Both the position numbers and the translations under genes were made by a program. The notes below the pieces were generated by a model. That model saw only the letters and a program-made list of their open reading frames with translations, was not told the DNA's origin and did no database searches. Of a stretch of 64,000 nucleotides of DNA, positions 20,228 through 30,180 are shown piece by piece. Each line of letters starts with the position of its first letter. Position 1 is the stretch's first letter. This DNA comes from Cenarchaeum sp. (GTDB lineage Archaea > Thermoproteota > Nitrososphaeria > Nitrososphaerales > Nitrosopumilaceae). The DNA lies in assembly GCA_965242695.1 (NCBI GenBank), contig CBDESU010000001.1, forward strand, positions 1,472,001 to 1,536,000, given 5' to 3'.

Positions 20228-21129
20228 TCCGCCTCGACCTCGTCCGCCAGCTGGCGCAGGACGTCGGGGTCCACGTCGCCGATGTCAGACTCTAGCATCT
20301 CGAATATCTTGAGGGCATCGGGATCGCTCTCCAAGATGCCCCGTATCTTTTCCCCAAGCGCGGAGGAGTTGTCATGGCCGCCGCCGCCAGAGTCGGGCAC
20401 GTCTACCTGCCCGTCCGCCTGCGCTGCGGGTTGCTCGCCCTGTCCGGCATCCCCGGCCGCGGATCCGGCGCTCCTGTACCACGGGTCGTGCCCAAGCTTG
20501 TCGAGAAAATTCTCCCACGAGTCGAATTCGTCGTCGTATGCTCCGGCGCCTACCGGCGAGGCTTTTTCAAACTCGGCCTTGGTCGGCACCCTGTCCAGGT
20601 TCCATTTGACCTTCTCAAACTCGATCAGCAGCGATATCTTGTTCGGCGGATCGATGTCGTATGCAAGGTCCAAGAGCTCGCTCACGTCGCCGAACTCCTC
20701 CCGTAGGCTGCTGATCATGCCGGCAGGGAGGTAGCCGGCGCCCGCCCCCACTACGTCGTCCCGGCTCTCAGGCATGGCGGCGGCCAGTCCCTGGAGCAGG
20801 CCGGCGCGCTGCCGGTTAAAGTAAGACAGATCGACGCTGGATGCGCCATGGTTTTTCTGTCCTGCGCCGGCACGGCGCGCCGCCCCAGGCCGCGGCTTGT
20901 ACCGGACGATGCGCCGCCTCGCCTGCAGCTTGTGCTTGCAGCACCGGCAATGCCAGCCAACCGTGCCGGCCGCCGCAATCGTGCCGTCCTCTAGGCGGGC
21001 CCCCTTTGCATCGACCCAGACGTCGCATATCTGGCACCGCGCCTGCCCTTCTCCGTACTGGCCCGTCCCCGCAGGCTTGTCCGCTGCGTATTTTCGGCAC
21101 GTTCTGCGGCAAACCGGCCTGCGGCCCAT
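20224..21129 (-). CDS. protein Y2 (paralog of 15465-16379)
   Basis: MGRRPVCRRTCRKY.. aligns with Y1; TATA TCTTTATAC at ~21152-21160. Confidence 0.8.
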   Translation of the reverse strand: MGRRPVCRRTCRKYAADKPAGTGQYGEGQARCQICDVWVDAKGARLEDGTIAAAGTVGWHCRCCKHKLQARRRIVRYKPRPGAARRAGAGQKNHGASSVDLSYFNRQRAGLLQGLAAAMPESRDDVVGAGAGYLPAGMISSLREEFGDVSELLDLAYDIDPPNKISLLIEFEKVKWNLDRVPTKAEFEKASPVGAGAYDDEFDSWENFLDKLGHDPWYRSAGSAAGDAGQGEQPAAQADGQVDVPDSGGGGHDNSSALGEKIRGILESDPDALKIFEMLESDIGDVDPDVLRQLADEVEAD

Positions 21130-21521
21130 GCGGGAAGCGGCCAGGCGGCGCGTATAAAGAGCATTCTGGACGGTCAGGGCGGCGACCGTTCGGGGGTGGG
21201 GCGGCCTGCGGGCGCCCCAAGGCGGCGGCAATGTCCCCGCCCGCCCCTGTCGGGCCGAGTTGACGGCCACCACCTCGAGCCCGCCGTCGCCCCTATGGCG
21301 CCGAACCTGCTGGCAAGCGCCCTCCCGAACGGAGTTCCGCAGACGGCGCGCCGCAGATCCGCACATGCCCCCGCAGAGGCCGCGCGCCCTGCAAGGCGCC
21401 CGCAGTGTCGGTCGCCGCTGCCGGACAAGGGGATGCGTCGCGCCGGCGTCCCGCTGTGCCGATGCGTCGCGCCAGAACTGCCATGTGCGTCGCGCGTGCA
21501 GGGCGCCGGCCCCCCGGCCGC

Positions 21522-22700
21522 CTACCCGCCCAAGAACCGGCCGAGCGATGCGACGGCGCCTGCGACCAGGTCGGCGGCCCTGCCCGCATCCTCGTCCGTG
21601 GTGAACCTGCCGAGGCCCACCCGTATCGACGAATGGGCTCGCGCCTCGCCTAGGCCCATCGCCAAGAGGACGTGCGACGGCTCTACGGACTGCGCCGTGC
21701 AGGCAGAGCCGGCCGATATGGCCAGATCCTCGGACACCGAGTTTATGACGGCGCGGCTCTCTATTCCCGGAAAGCACACGCTGACGTTGCGCGCAAGGCG
21801 CCGCGTGCGGTGGCCGTTGAGCAGGCCGCCGGCGGCCTCGAACGCCTTGATCATGCGCGAGGCCTGCGCGGCATGCCGCCTGTTCTCGGACTCCATCTCT
21901 TGCGCCGCAATCCGCGCGGCCGCCCCAAACCCCACTATTCCCGGCACGTTGAGCGTGCCGGATCGTATCCCGCGCTCCTGCCCGCCGCCGCGCAGCAGCG
22001 GCCTTGCCGCCACGCGCGGCCGCAGCCCCCTCACGTACAGCGCGCCGATCCCCTTTGGCCCGTACATCTTGTGCGCCGATAGCGACATCATGCCGACTCC
22101 CGCCCGCTCCGCATCGACGGGCATGTGGCCTGCCGCCTGCGCCGCGTCCGTGTGGAACGCCACGCTGTGGTCGCGCGCGATCCGGCCGATCGCCGCAATG
22201 TCGTGAACCGTTCCAACCTCGTTGTTGGCCGCCATTATGGAGATCAGCGAGGTCCGGCTGGTAACGGCCGCCTCTACGCCGGCAGGATCGGCAAGGCCGT
22301 CCTCGTCGACTGGCACGCGCGTCACGTCGGCCGCGCCGGACGCCTCTAGGTGGGCCGCCACGTCGAGGACCGCGCTGTGCTCGGTCGCGCAGGTTATGAT
22401 GTGGGGACGGGCCGCATCGCCCCCTCTGCCGTCCGCGCCCTGCACCGCCCCGACAAGGGCCGTGTTGTTCGACTCTGTCGCCCCGCTCGTGAATACGATC
22501 TCGGTCGCGCTCCTGGCCCCGACCAGTTCCGCGACCTGCTCGCGCGCCCTTTCGACGGCTTCGGCCGCTGCCGCCCCGTACGCGTGGTCGGCGCTCGACG
22601 CGTTGCCAAACTCGTCGCCAAAGTACGGCAGCATCTCTTCTAGGACGCGCGGGTCGACGGGGGTCGTCGCGTGCGAGTCGAGGTAGATCGGGCGCGTCAT
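21522..22700 (-). CDS. dndA: cysteine desulfurase DndA/IscS (copy 2)
   Basis: YLDSHATTP, SAHKMYGPKG, SAGSACT; last gene of dnd operon 2. Confidence 0.92.
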   Translation of the reverse strand: MTRPIYLDSHATTPVDPRVLEEMLPYFGDEFGNASSADHAYGAAAAEAVERAREQVAELVGARSATEIVFTSGATESNNTALVGAVQGADGRGGDAARPHIITCATEHSAVLDVAAHLEASGAADVTRVPVDEDGLADPAGVEAAVTSRTSLISIMAANNEVGTVHDIAAIGRIARDHSVAFHTDAAQAAGHMPVDAERAGVGMMSLSAHKMYGPKGIGALYVRGLRPRVAARPLLRGGGQERGIRSGTLNVPGIVGFGAAARIAAQEMESENRRHAAQASRMIKAFEAAGGLLNGHRTRRLARNVSVCFPGIESRAVINSVSEDLAISAGSACTAQSVEPSHVLLAMGLGEARAHSSIRVGLGRFTTDEDAGRAADLVAGAVASLGRFLGG

Positions 22701-23161
22701 GGATCGCCGCCGCCCTTGCCGCCCCCCGGCGCCCCGTCTCCCGCCCCCGGCGCAACATCGGCGTCCTCCCCGCCCGCCGCCGCCGCCGCCGCATCCTCGC
22801 AGCCGAGCAGCCTCGCAAAGTCGCCGAGACCCCGCACGCGCGGGAACAGCATCCCGGCGCCCCTGTTCAGGTGCGCGCGCATCATGCGGTCGGCGTACAT
22901 TGCAAGGTCAAGCCCGTCCTCGTCGAGGCGGCACCGCAGGGCCGCCGCGTACGCGGCCTCGTGCTCGCCGAACAGGATATGCGGGAGCAGCTCCATGCCC
23001 TTTTCGTCGTACAGGTCGGGGTTTGGCACGGTCTCGTCTGCGAGCGACATGCAGATGCCGAACCTGGCAAGGACGTTTATCGGCAGGCCGGTGCGCGACT
23101 TTAGCTGGCCTAGCTGGCTCTGCGAACGCATCGACATGCGGACGCGGTCTAGCCGGTACAG
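22697..23161 (-). CDS. dndE: DndE (copy 2); start uncertain (CTG at 23161 aligns with DndE1 start)
   Basis: LKSRTGLPINVLARFGICMSL..MRAHLNRG. Confidence 0.85.
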   Translation of the reverse strand: MYRLDRVRMSMRSQSQLGQLKSRTGLPINVLARFGICMSLADETVPNPDLYDEKGMELLPHILFGEHEAAYAAALRCRLDEDGLDLAMYADRMMRAHLNRGAGMLFPRVRGLGDFARLLGCEDAAAAAAGGEDADVAPGAGDGAPGGGKGGGDP

Positions 23162-23162
23162 C

Positions 23163-25345
23163 CTAGGCCCCCTCCCCCTCTCTCGGCCCTGCCCTGCCGC
23201 CGCCCCTGCCGGCCCCGCCCCCGCCGTCCCCTGCTCTGAGGGGGCCGGCCCCGGAGACATGGGCAAAGCCGCCGCCCCTGCCGGCCCCGCCCCCGCCGTC
23301 CCCAAAGTACCCCTCCCGGACGGCGCTCCGGCGCCCGTCCCCGTCGAACTCGATCACGTACGCCCTCGCCACGCGCGGCCTCAGCCGCGCGTACTCGGCG
23401 GGCCCGATCTCGCGGTCCGTCGAGAGCAGGACGGTCTGGTGCGAGGCCGACGGGTAGAACCTGTCGACCAGGTTCGAGAGGTGCGCGCCGTCGAGCCGGC
23501 CGAGCGGCGTGTCGATCACGAACGGCAGCGGCCGCCCGCTCGTCTTTGCAATGGCCCACAGCAGGGCCGTCCCGATCATCTGCTGCTCGCCCATGGACCG
23601 GAGCGGGACGGGCTCGTCGATGCCCTCTTCGTACGCGCCGACCTCTAGCGTCTCCGGGTCGACTACGATGCGCTCGACGCCGCCCTTGTGGAGCAGGACG
23701 GAGGCGACGGCGAGCAGGTTCTCCTCCAGCTCGCGCATCTTGCGGGCAAGCAGGCCGCCGCGGTACGTCGCCAGCGCGGCCTTCATCCGGCCGGCGAGTG
23801 CGACGCCCTTGTCGGCGCGCTCGTCGCGGCGCATCTCGTCGAGCAGCTTCTTGAGGCGGTTTCTGACGACCTTTAGGTTGGCCTGCCTTGCCGACAGGCG
23901 CTGCCCCATGTGATCGATCTCGGCGCGCAGCGTGCCGATCTCGCGGTGCGCGTCCCGTATGCCCCGCACGCGGGCGGCCATCTCGTCGTCCGACGGGGCC
24001 CGCGCAAGGCCCTCGACCACCTCCTCTAGGCGCGCCTCGGCGGCGGCAAGCCCTGCAAGCTCGCCGCGCAGCGACGGCGGGGGAAACGAGGCGGCCGCGG
24101 CGGCCGCAGTGCGCACGGCGGCCGCCTCTTCCTCGGACACGTCGAACAGGGGCGGCGCAGAGTCGCCCGGGTCGTGCCGGAACATCTCTTCCAGGCGCCG
24201 CGCGATCAGGTCGGCCGCCCTGTCGTCGGCCCTCCCGCCGGGCCAGAACGAGTCTGATCCCATCTCGCGGCGGAGCGCGTCGATCTTTGGGATCGCATCG
24301 GCCGCGGCCGCTGCCGATCGGGCGGCGCCGGCGTCCGCATCGATGCGCGAGACGGCGCGGCCGAGCAGGTCCGATGCCAGCGCCAGCGGGGCCGCCCCCG
24401 ACAGGGCCTCGCGTACGGCCCGCTCGTGCCCGCGCAGGCGCTCCTCAATGGCGGCCTTTTCTGCCAGCAGGCCGGCGCGCAGGTCGGCGTACCCGCCGCC
24501 GGCGCCCCTGATCTTTTGCTCCTCCTCTGCCACATGCGCCTCGGCGGCCTCCAGCTGCCCCCTCTTTGATTGCACCTCGGCCTCGAGCGACTCGACGCCG
24601 GCCACGAGCGCGTCGCGCTCGGCCATCATGTCCTGGTACTGCCTGTACGCGGGGCCCTGTTCGCCGCCGCTGTCGCCGCCGCTGCGCCCCGCCCTCCGCG
24701 CCACGTACAGGTCGAGGTCGGCAGAGAGCCTGTCGACCAGCTCGGCGCCGAGCAGCACGTCGAGCGACTCGCGCATCGGGTTGGGGCCCGCGCCGCCGCT
24801 GCTCCCGCCGGCCGCATCCGCGGCCCCGACGATCTTTTCGCCGTCAAAAAAGAACAGCCGCGCGATGCCGAGCGGTACGAGGCCCTCGACGAACGCCTGC
24901 CACTGCGACTCGTCCGTGTCGGCCAGCACCCAGCCGTTCCTCTCGACGCGCAGCGACTCGGAGACCGCGCGGCCTCCTCCCCCTCCGTCCGAGGGATCGG
25001 CCGCCTCCCAGCTCCGCACCACCCTGTACAGGTCCTCGCTGCCCGCATGCCGGAACCTAAACGACAGTGCTACCGAGGCCGCGCGCGCCCGTTTTCCGCC
25101 CCCCCCCCCCGTGATTTATGGATGCGCGATAGTACGAACGCCTCGTACTCCTTTGCCGTCGTGCGCCTGCCCAGGTGCGCCCGGCCGTACAGGGCGACCA
25201 TCATCGACTCTAGTACGGTCGTCTTGCCGGCGCCGTTGAGCCCGCCGATCAGCACTATCGGGCGGCCCGGCCGCACCGACAGGTCGAACCGGTTCGTTCC
25301 GGCGTACGCGCCGTAGTTTTCGATCTCTAGTCCCTCGAGGAGCGT
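23163..25345 (-). pseudogene. dndD: DndD (copy 2), frameshifted at G12 tract 25099-25110 (phase-variable or sequencing error)
   Basis: N-part LEIENYGAY..GGLNGAGKTT (25345-25111) is out of frame with C-part ASVALSF..LFFFDGEK..SMGEQQ..IDTPLGRLD; G13 restores frame. Confidence 0.85.
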
Positions 25346-25346
25346 C

Positions 25347-26756
25347 TTAGATCTCCCCCGCCTGCCGCCGCCGCTCGGCCTCTACCTCGGCGGCGGCATC
25401 CATGTCGTCGGCCCACTCCTCGTCGAGCAGGCCGGCGATCCTGCCGTGTATGCCGTGCCTCTTGGCCATGCCCTGCGCGCCGGCCTCGGCCTCTAGCGCC
25501 CTTGCAAGCAGCGGGTACGGCAGGCCGTGCAGGCCGCACGCCGCCTCTAGCTCGGACTGCTCGACGCCGCCGAACGCGCCGAGGTCGTCCCCTCCATCCT
25601 CCAGGTCGACGCCGGCGACGTCCCTGTACAGCTGGAATGCGGAATTGTGCCAGTCGCCCTGCTCGACGCGCCATATGCGCTGTATCTCGCGCACCTCGTC
25701 CTCGCCGATGAGGCTGATGGACGGGTCGGGCCCAGACGAGCGCACCTTGTTCTGCGCCTCGAGGAGCTGCCCGAGCACCTCCTTGCGGAACTTGAACGTG
25801 TACGGGCCGCGCGTGATCCTGTCGTTCCAGAATACGAGCCGGCCGTTGCGGTGCTTGAGGTCACGGAACTCGGCCTTGCGGGCGGGGTCCTGCGTGTCCT
25901 TTAGCACCTGGCGCAGCTCGAGCAGCGGCAGCATCCACTCCTCGCCGTTGTCGATCATGTTCTCCATCGATCGGTCGCGGTCGACGACGGTGCACGTCCA
26001 GCACCCGAACCGGCTGCCGCCGCACGAGGCCGTCTTGGTGTCGACTACGAGGGGGCATTCGCCGGCCTTTGCGTTGCGGTACAGCGAGAGGAGGCCGCGG
26101 TTGTCGCCGCCCCAGGGGCTTGTATTCTGGAGCAGGTAATTCCACACGTCCTTGTCGGTAAAGTCTCGTATGGGCATGTACACGAACGCCTGCGCGAGCG
26201 TGCTGTGGTGCGAGAGGTTGCTGCCGCCGAGCCGGTGCGCGTCGATGACCTGCGCGCGCGTGCTGCTCTCGGCCCTGCGGCTGCCCAGGACGACGACGAC
26301 CTCGCCGTGCTCGGAGACGCGCTCCTCTATGAAGCGGTTGGCGTTCTTGATCTTTAGGCGGTCCGTGCACCAGCGTATGGTGTTTGACGGCGCGGGGTAC
26401 CCCTTGCCGATGAGGCACACCCAGAACGTGTCGGACAGGACGGGCCTGACCAGGCCGGTCTCTAGCGGCAGCGGGCTCGAAGCGGCCGCCTTTTCCATGG
26501 CCTCTAGCGAGCCCGTCACGGTCTCCACTATGCGCGGCTGCTCGACTAGCGTGTCCGACGATATGACGTACACCCTCTTTGAGAGGGCGTCTGCGGGCAG
26601 CTTTGAGAGGGCCGACCAGACGAGCTGCACCGTGCACGTAGAGTCCTTGCCGCCGCTGAACCCGATGATCCACGGCCGGCCGTCGGCCAGGTACGTCTCG
26701 CGCACCTCGTCCTCGATCGCCTCGAGGGTCGTCCCGTCGAACACGGACGCGGCCAT
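25347..26756 (-). CDS. dndC: DndC (copy 2)
   Basis: PWIIGFSGGKDS, RWCTDRLK, ECPLVVD..SCGGSRFGCWTC. Confidence 0.95.
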   Translation of the reverse strand: MAASVFDGTTLEAIEDEVRETYLADGRPWIIGFSGGKDSTCTVQLVWSALSKLPADALSKRVYVISSDTLVEQPRIVETVTGSLEAMEKAAASSPLPLETGLVRPVLSDTFWVCLIGKGYPAPSNTIRWCTDRLKIKNANRFIEERVSEHGEVVVVLGSRRAESSTRAQVIDAHRLGGSNLSHHSTLAQAFVYMPIRDFTDKDVWNYLLQNTSPWGGDNRGLLSLYRNAKAGECPLVVDTKTASCGGSRFGCWTCTVVDRDRSMENMIDNGEEWMLPLLELRQVLKDTQDPARKAEFRDLKHRNGRLVFWNDRITRGPYTFKFRKEVLGQLLEAQNKVRSSGPDPSISLIGEDEVREIQRIWRVEQGDWHNSAFQLYRDVAGVDLEDGGDDLGAFGGVEQSELEAACGLHGLPYPLLARALEAEAGAQGMAKRHGIHGRIAGLLDEEWADDMDAAAEVEAERRRQAGEI

Positions 26757-27781
26757 CAGGCGCCGGCCTCGCAGTGCTCTACAATAATCTTGGCGGCGTT
26801 GTTCATGCCCGCCTTGGTCTTTGTCATCTTGCCTCGTATGATGACCTTGCCGTCCCAGACAGGGTTCGTCCTAGTCCAGTCGATCGTCCGCAGGGCCGGC
26901 AGCATTGCGAGCCACCGGTCGGGGTGCCGCTTGCGGAGCTGGCCGCCCGCTAGCCCGATCGCCTCTAGCATGTTCGTGTTGGCGTGGACGTACTCCTTGC
27001 GCAGCTCGTACGCCGAGACCTTGCCCTCCTCGAGCAGGACCCACTCGGGCACGTTCGACGAGACGGCCTTCCAGAACTCTAGGGCGTCGCGCCTGTCCTG
27101 GTCGGTCAGCCCCTTGGACTTGCCGAGCAGGTTGGCCGTGGCCATGCGCAGGCCGCTTAGCGTAAAAAACTTGACGGAGCGGTTTGAAAGGGTCGTCTTT
27201 TCCATCTCTATGCGGCCCCGAAACACGTCGACCTTGCCGGCCATGTCGACGACGAACTGCGAGAGCGGGTTGCGGCGGTCGTACAGTATGCTGAGGGACT
27301 TTGTCGGCTTGACGGCGTTCTTGTTCAGGTCGGCGAACATCTGCTGGCTCTTCTCTAGGCCGGGGTCTTGGAAGAAGACGACCGAGATCTTGTCGCGGCC
27401 TAGCTGCGGCGACTCCCTGACGGCGTCCTTGATGCCGGCCACGCGGTGCTGTCCGTCGTTGATGAGGATGGCCGCGTCCTGGGACATGCGGATGGTCCCG
27501 AGGTTGGCGCCGGCCGAGACGGGCTCGAAGTCGATCTTGCCGTCGACCGAGACCGTCAGCGACGAGAAGGTGTAGTCCTTTTCGTTCTGGAGGATGTAGT
27601 CGCGGATGCGCGGCACCCTGGACTTGCGCAGGACTCGCTGGGCCCGCTGGAGGGGCGGTATGTCGGCGTCCTGGAAGGTGAAGAGCTTGGCGACGGCCTT
27701 TAGCGTGCACATGGCGATGTAGAAGTCCGAGCCGGCCTGTGAGCCCCTTATGGCCTCAAAGGAGTGTGTGTTTGTGGGCAT
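26756..27781 (-). CDS. dndB: DndB (copy 2)
   Basis: DGQHR, QQMFADLNKNAVKP. Confidence 0.92.
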   Translation of the reverse strand: MPTNTHSFEAIRGSQAGSDFYIAMCTLKAVAKLFTFQDADIPPLQRAQRVLRKSRVPRIRDYILQNEKDYTFSSLTVSVDGKIDFEPVSAGANLGTIRMSQDAAILINDGQHRVAGIKDAVRESPQLGRDKISVVFFQDPGLEKSQQMFADLNKNAVKPTKSLSILYDRRNPLSQFVVDMAGKVDVFRGRIEMEKTTLSNRSVKFFTLSGLRMATANLLGKSKGLTDQDRRDALEFWKAVSSNVPEWVLLEEGKVSAYELRKEYVHANTNMLEAIGLAGGQLRKRHPDRWLAMLPALRTIDWTRTNPVWDGKVIIRGKMTKTKAGMNNAAKIIVEHCEAGA

Positions 27782-27797
27782 TCTTGGCGAACGGCCA

Positions 27798-27863
27798 TAT
27801 GGGAAGTATATTATGCTTGTGCCGGACGCCGATACGATAAAGATTATTTATGGGAAGTATATT
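27798..27863. promoter_or_regulatory. 15-bp direct repeat overlapping dndB2 promoter
   Basis: tatgggaagtatatt at 27798-27812 and 27849-27863. Confidence 0.7.
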
Positions 27864-28047
27864 TTTAGTGCAAACAAGCCATTTCGGCGTCGATTTCGCC
27901 AGCCGCGGCCAGATACAGGCGTCAAAAAGTCGTGCCGACGCCCCCTCAGAGGACTAATCGCGCAAATCAAGGGTGGTGGAGATACCCCATGCGTGCCGCT
28001 GACCACAACCGAGTTAACCTTATGAACCGTCAAGATCCAGGTGGCGC

Positions 28048-28239
28048 GTGCCCAGTGCGAGGGAGGAAATTGCAAGGATTCTCGCAGAGGTCGAAAGTGA
28101 CAGTGCGCTGCCCCGCGGCATGCTGAAGAGGGTATACGACATGGAGGCAGGCGTCGTTCACCTGCGATCGCGCGAGCGCATCTACAGCGACCTCAGGGAG
28201 ATGATAGCCGACGCGGCGGCTGAAAGCAAGGAGGCGTAG
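28048..28239 (+). CDS. PbeB-like small protein (copy 2)
   Basis: 63-aa ORF 3 bp before ATPase, followed by GGAGG; resembles 10593 ORF (KRVxxxE). Confidence 0.65.
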   Translation: MPSAREEIARILAEVESDSALPRGMLKRVYDMEAGVVHLRSRERIYSDLREMIADAAAESKEA

Positions 28240-28242
28240 CGC

Positions 28243-30180
28243 ATGCTGTTCAAGAGGATCGAGATGTACAACTTTGGTAGGTATGCGGGAAAAAACACCT
28301 TCGACACGACAGTGACGCGCGAGCGGAACGTTATACTCGTGAGGGCTCCCAACGACAGGGGGAAGACTACGCTGTTCAAGGCCATCAAGTTCGCCCTCTA
28401 CGGTGACAAGGACGCTCCGGCGAGCAGCTGGATCAACTTCCAGGCAGCGGCCGAGGGCGACGGGGAGATGTACGTTGAGATAGTGTTCGACGATGGAGGC
28501 GAAGAGTACCGGTTGAGGCGATCTGCGGCGTTCAAGAAGACGCCCCGAGGCGAGGAGATAAACACGAAAGGGATCCCCAAGTTCGAGCTGTTCAGCGGGG
28601 ACGGCGAGGTGGCGACTGGAGCCTCCGAGAGTGAAGGCAGGGACAAAGTCGATGCGATGCTCCCAAGGGATGCTAGCCAGTTCTTCTTCTTTGACGGCGA
28701 GGAGATTCAAGGGTACATAAAAAACCAAAGCTCGCACGTGAAGCTTGCGATAGAGAAGATCCTTGGCATAAAGGAGATGTTTAATGCTGCGGATGATCTG
28801 TTTCACATCAAGGGCGGCCTGGACGCAGAGTACACCCGAATCGCAAAGAGCCACACCAAAAGCCAAAGGGACAAGGGAAAGCTCGAAGGGGTAGAGCGGG
28901 ATCTGTCCGAGATCCAAGACAGCATAGACGCGAACGAGACCCTACTGAAAGGCGCTGCAAGTAGGCATAGAGAGCTCAAGGAGGCCCTTGCTCAGTACGA
29001 GTCGATAAAAAGCGTCGTGGAGGAGAGGGACCGGGCCGAGGCAGAGTGCGCCAGGATCGAGGGGGGGATCAAGGAGGTCGACAAGGCGCTTGCCAAGCAG
29101 TGGGGAGACCTAGGCATAAGCATGCTTGTCGGACTCCTTTACATCATTGACAGTGGGGGGGAGGCGGGTGCAATGGCCGACGAGTGTGAGTCAAAGATCG
29201 TACAGCGCATGGTCGAAGGGCATGCAAAGACCTGCATCTGTGGTAGGCCCATAGACGACAAGTCGTACAGGGTGCTAGAGTCAAGGGCACGCCGCGTCGA
29301 GCCACCAGTTGCCCTGTTGCTCAAGCGCTTTGTAGAGAGGATGCTCATTGACCTTCGGCCCGGCCAGCGCGCAACCGACCTGAGGCAATCCGTCGAAAAG
29401 CGATCCTCGTATGTAAAGGACATGGACGCGCAAAAGAGTGCCATACAGAGGTGCATGTCAGAGATCAAAAAGGCGCCAGTCGAGGGCGTGGCAAGGCTAG
29501 AGAGCGAGTACGAAGAGTCGGCCAGGGACATGGGCAAGTACGAGCGCGACATCCAGGCACTGTTCATTGCAAAGCGGAAAAAAGAGGCAGACAGAGAGAA
29601 GATCGAGTGGAAGATAGAGGCAAGCACCGACGATGTGCAGCTCCAACAGGCCAAGAACAGAAAGACCGTGTGCGACGCTGTTATAGGCGGAATCGAGCAG
29701 GCCATCGAACTGTTTTATCAAAATCGGAAGCCCGAGCTGGAGGGTCACGTGTCAAGGATATTCACGCGGCTGACGAACAACCCCGGCCTCTACAAGGGGA
29801 TCAAGATCGATCGGGAGTTCAACTTAGTCGTCGTCCGTCACGACGGCACCGAGCTTCCGACAGACACGTACAGTCCGAGCCCGGGGGCTTCGCAGACGGT
29901 GGCGACCGCGATGATCGGCGGGATGAACAGGTTTGCGACAAGAGATGCTCCCATCGTAATAGACACGCCACTCGGAAGGCTCGACGACATCCACAGGGCC
30001 AACGTCATGAGGTATTACTCCGAAATGGGCAGGCAGGTCATCATACTTTATCAACCCAGTGAGATCGGCGGGGAGGACATGGAAGGCATCAGGGATCAGT
30101 TGGCCTCTGAGTGGGACATAGAATTGCTAACGGACAAGCCAGACTTGTCGCGGATCACAAGAAAGGTGACGTATATATGA
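28243..30180 (+). CDS. PbeC-like SMC-type ATPase with CxC motif (copy 2)
   Basis: APNDRGKTT, FFFFDGEE, CICGRP, PSPGASQ, IDTPLGRLD. Confidence 0.85.
   Translation: MLFKRIEMYNFGRYAGKNTFDTTVTRERNVILVRAPNDRGKTTLFKAIKFALYGDKDAPASSWINFQAAAEGDGEMYVEIVFDDGGEEYRLRRSAAFKKTPRGEEINTKGIPKFELFSGDGEVATGASESEGRDKVDAMLPRDASQFFFFDGEEIQGYIKNQSSHVKLAIEKILGIKEMFNAADDLFHIKGGLDAEYTRIAKSHTKSQRDKGKLEGVERDLSEIQDSIDANETLLKGAASRHRELKEALAQYESIKSVVEERDRAEAECARIEGGIKEVDKALAKQWGDLGISMLVGLLYIIDSGGEAGAMADECESKIVQRMVEGHAKTCICGRPIDDKSYRVLESRARRVEPPVALLLKRFVERMLIDLRPGQRATDLRQSVEKRSSYVKDMDAQKSAIQRCMSEIKKAPVEGVARLESEYEESARDMGKYERDIQALFIAKRKKEADREKIEWKIEASTDDVQLQQAKNRKTVCDAVIGGIEQAIELFYQNRKPELEGHVSRIFTRLTNNPGLYKGIKIDREFNLVVVRHDGTELPTDTYSPSPGASQTVATAMIGGMNRFATRDAPIVIDTPLGRLDDIHRANVMRYYSEMGRQVIILYQPSEIGGEDMEGIRDQLASEWDIELLTDKPDLSRITRKVTYI

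Noticed and set aside
20224-22818. 864-aa ORF
   Set aside because: Upstream part is an alternative frame over dndA2; only 21129-20224 matches paralog Y1 and has its own TATA box
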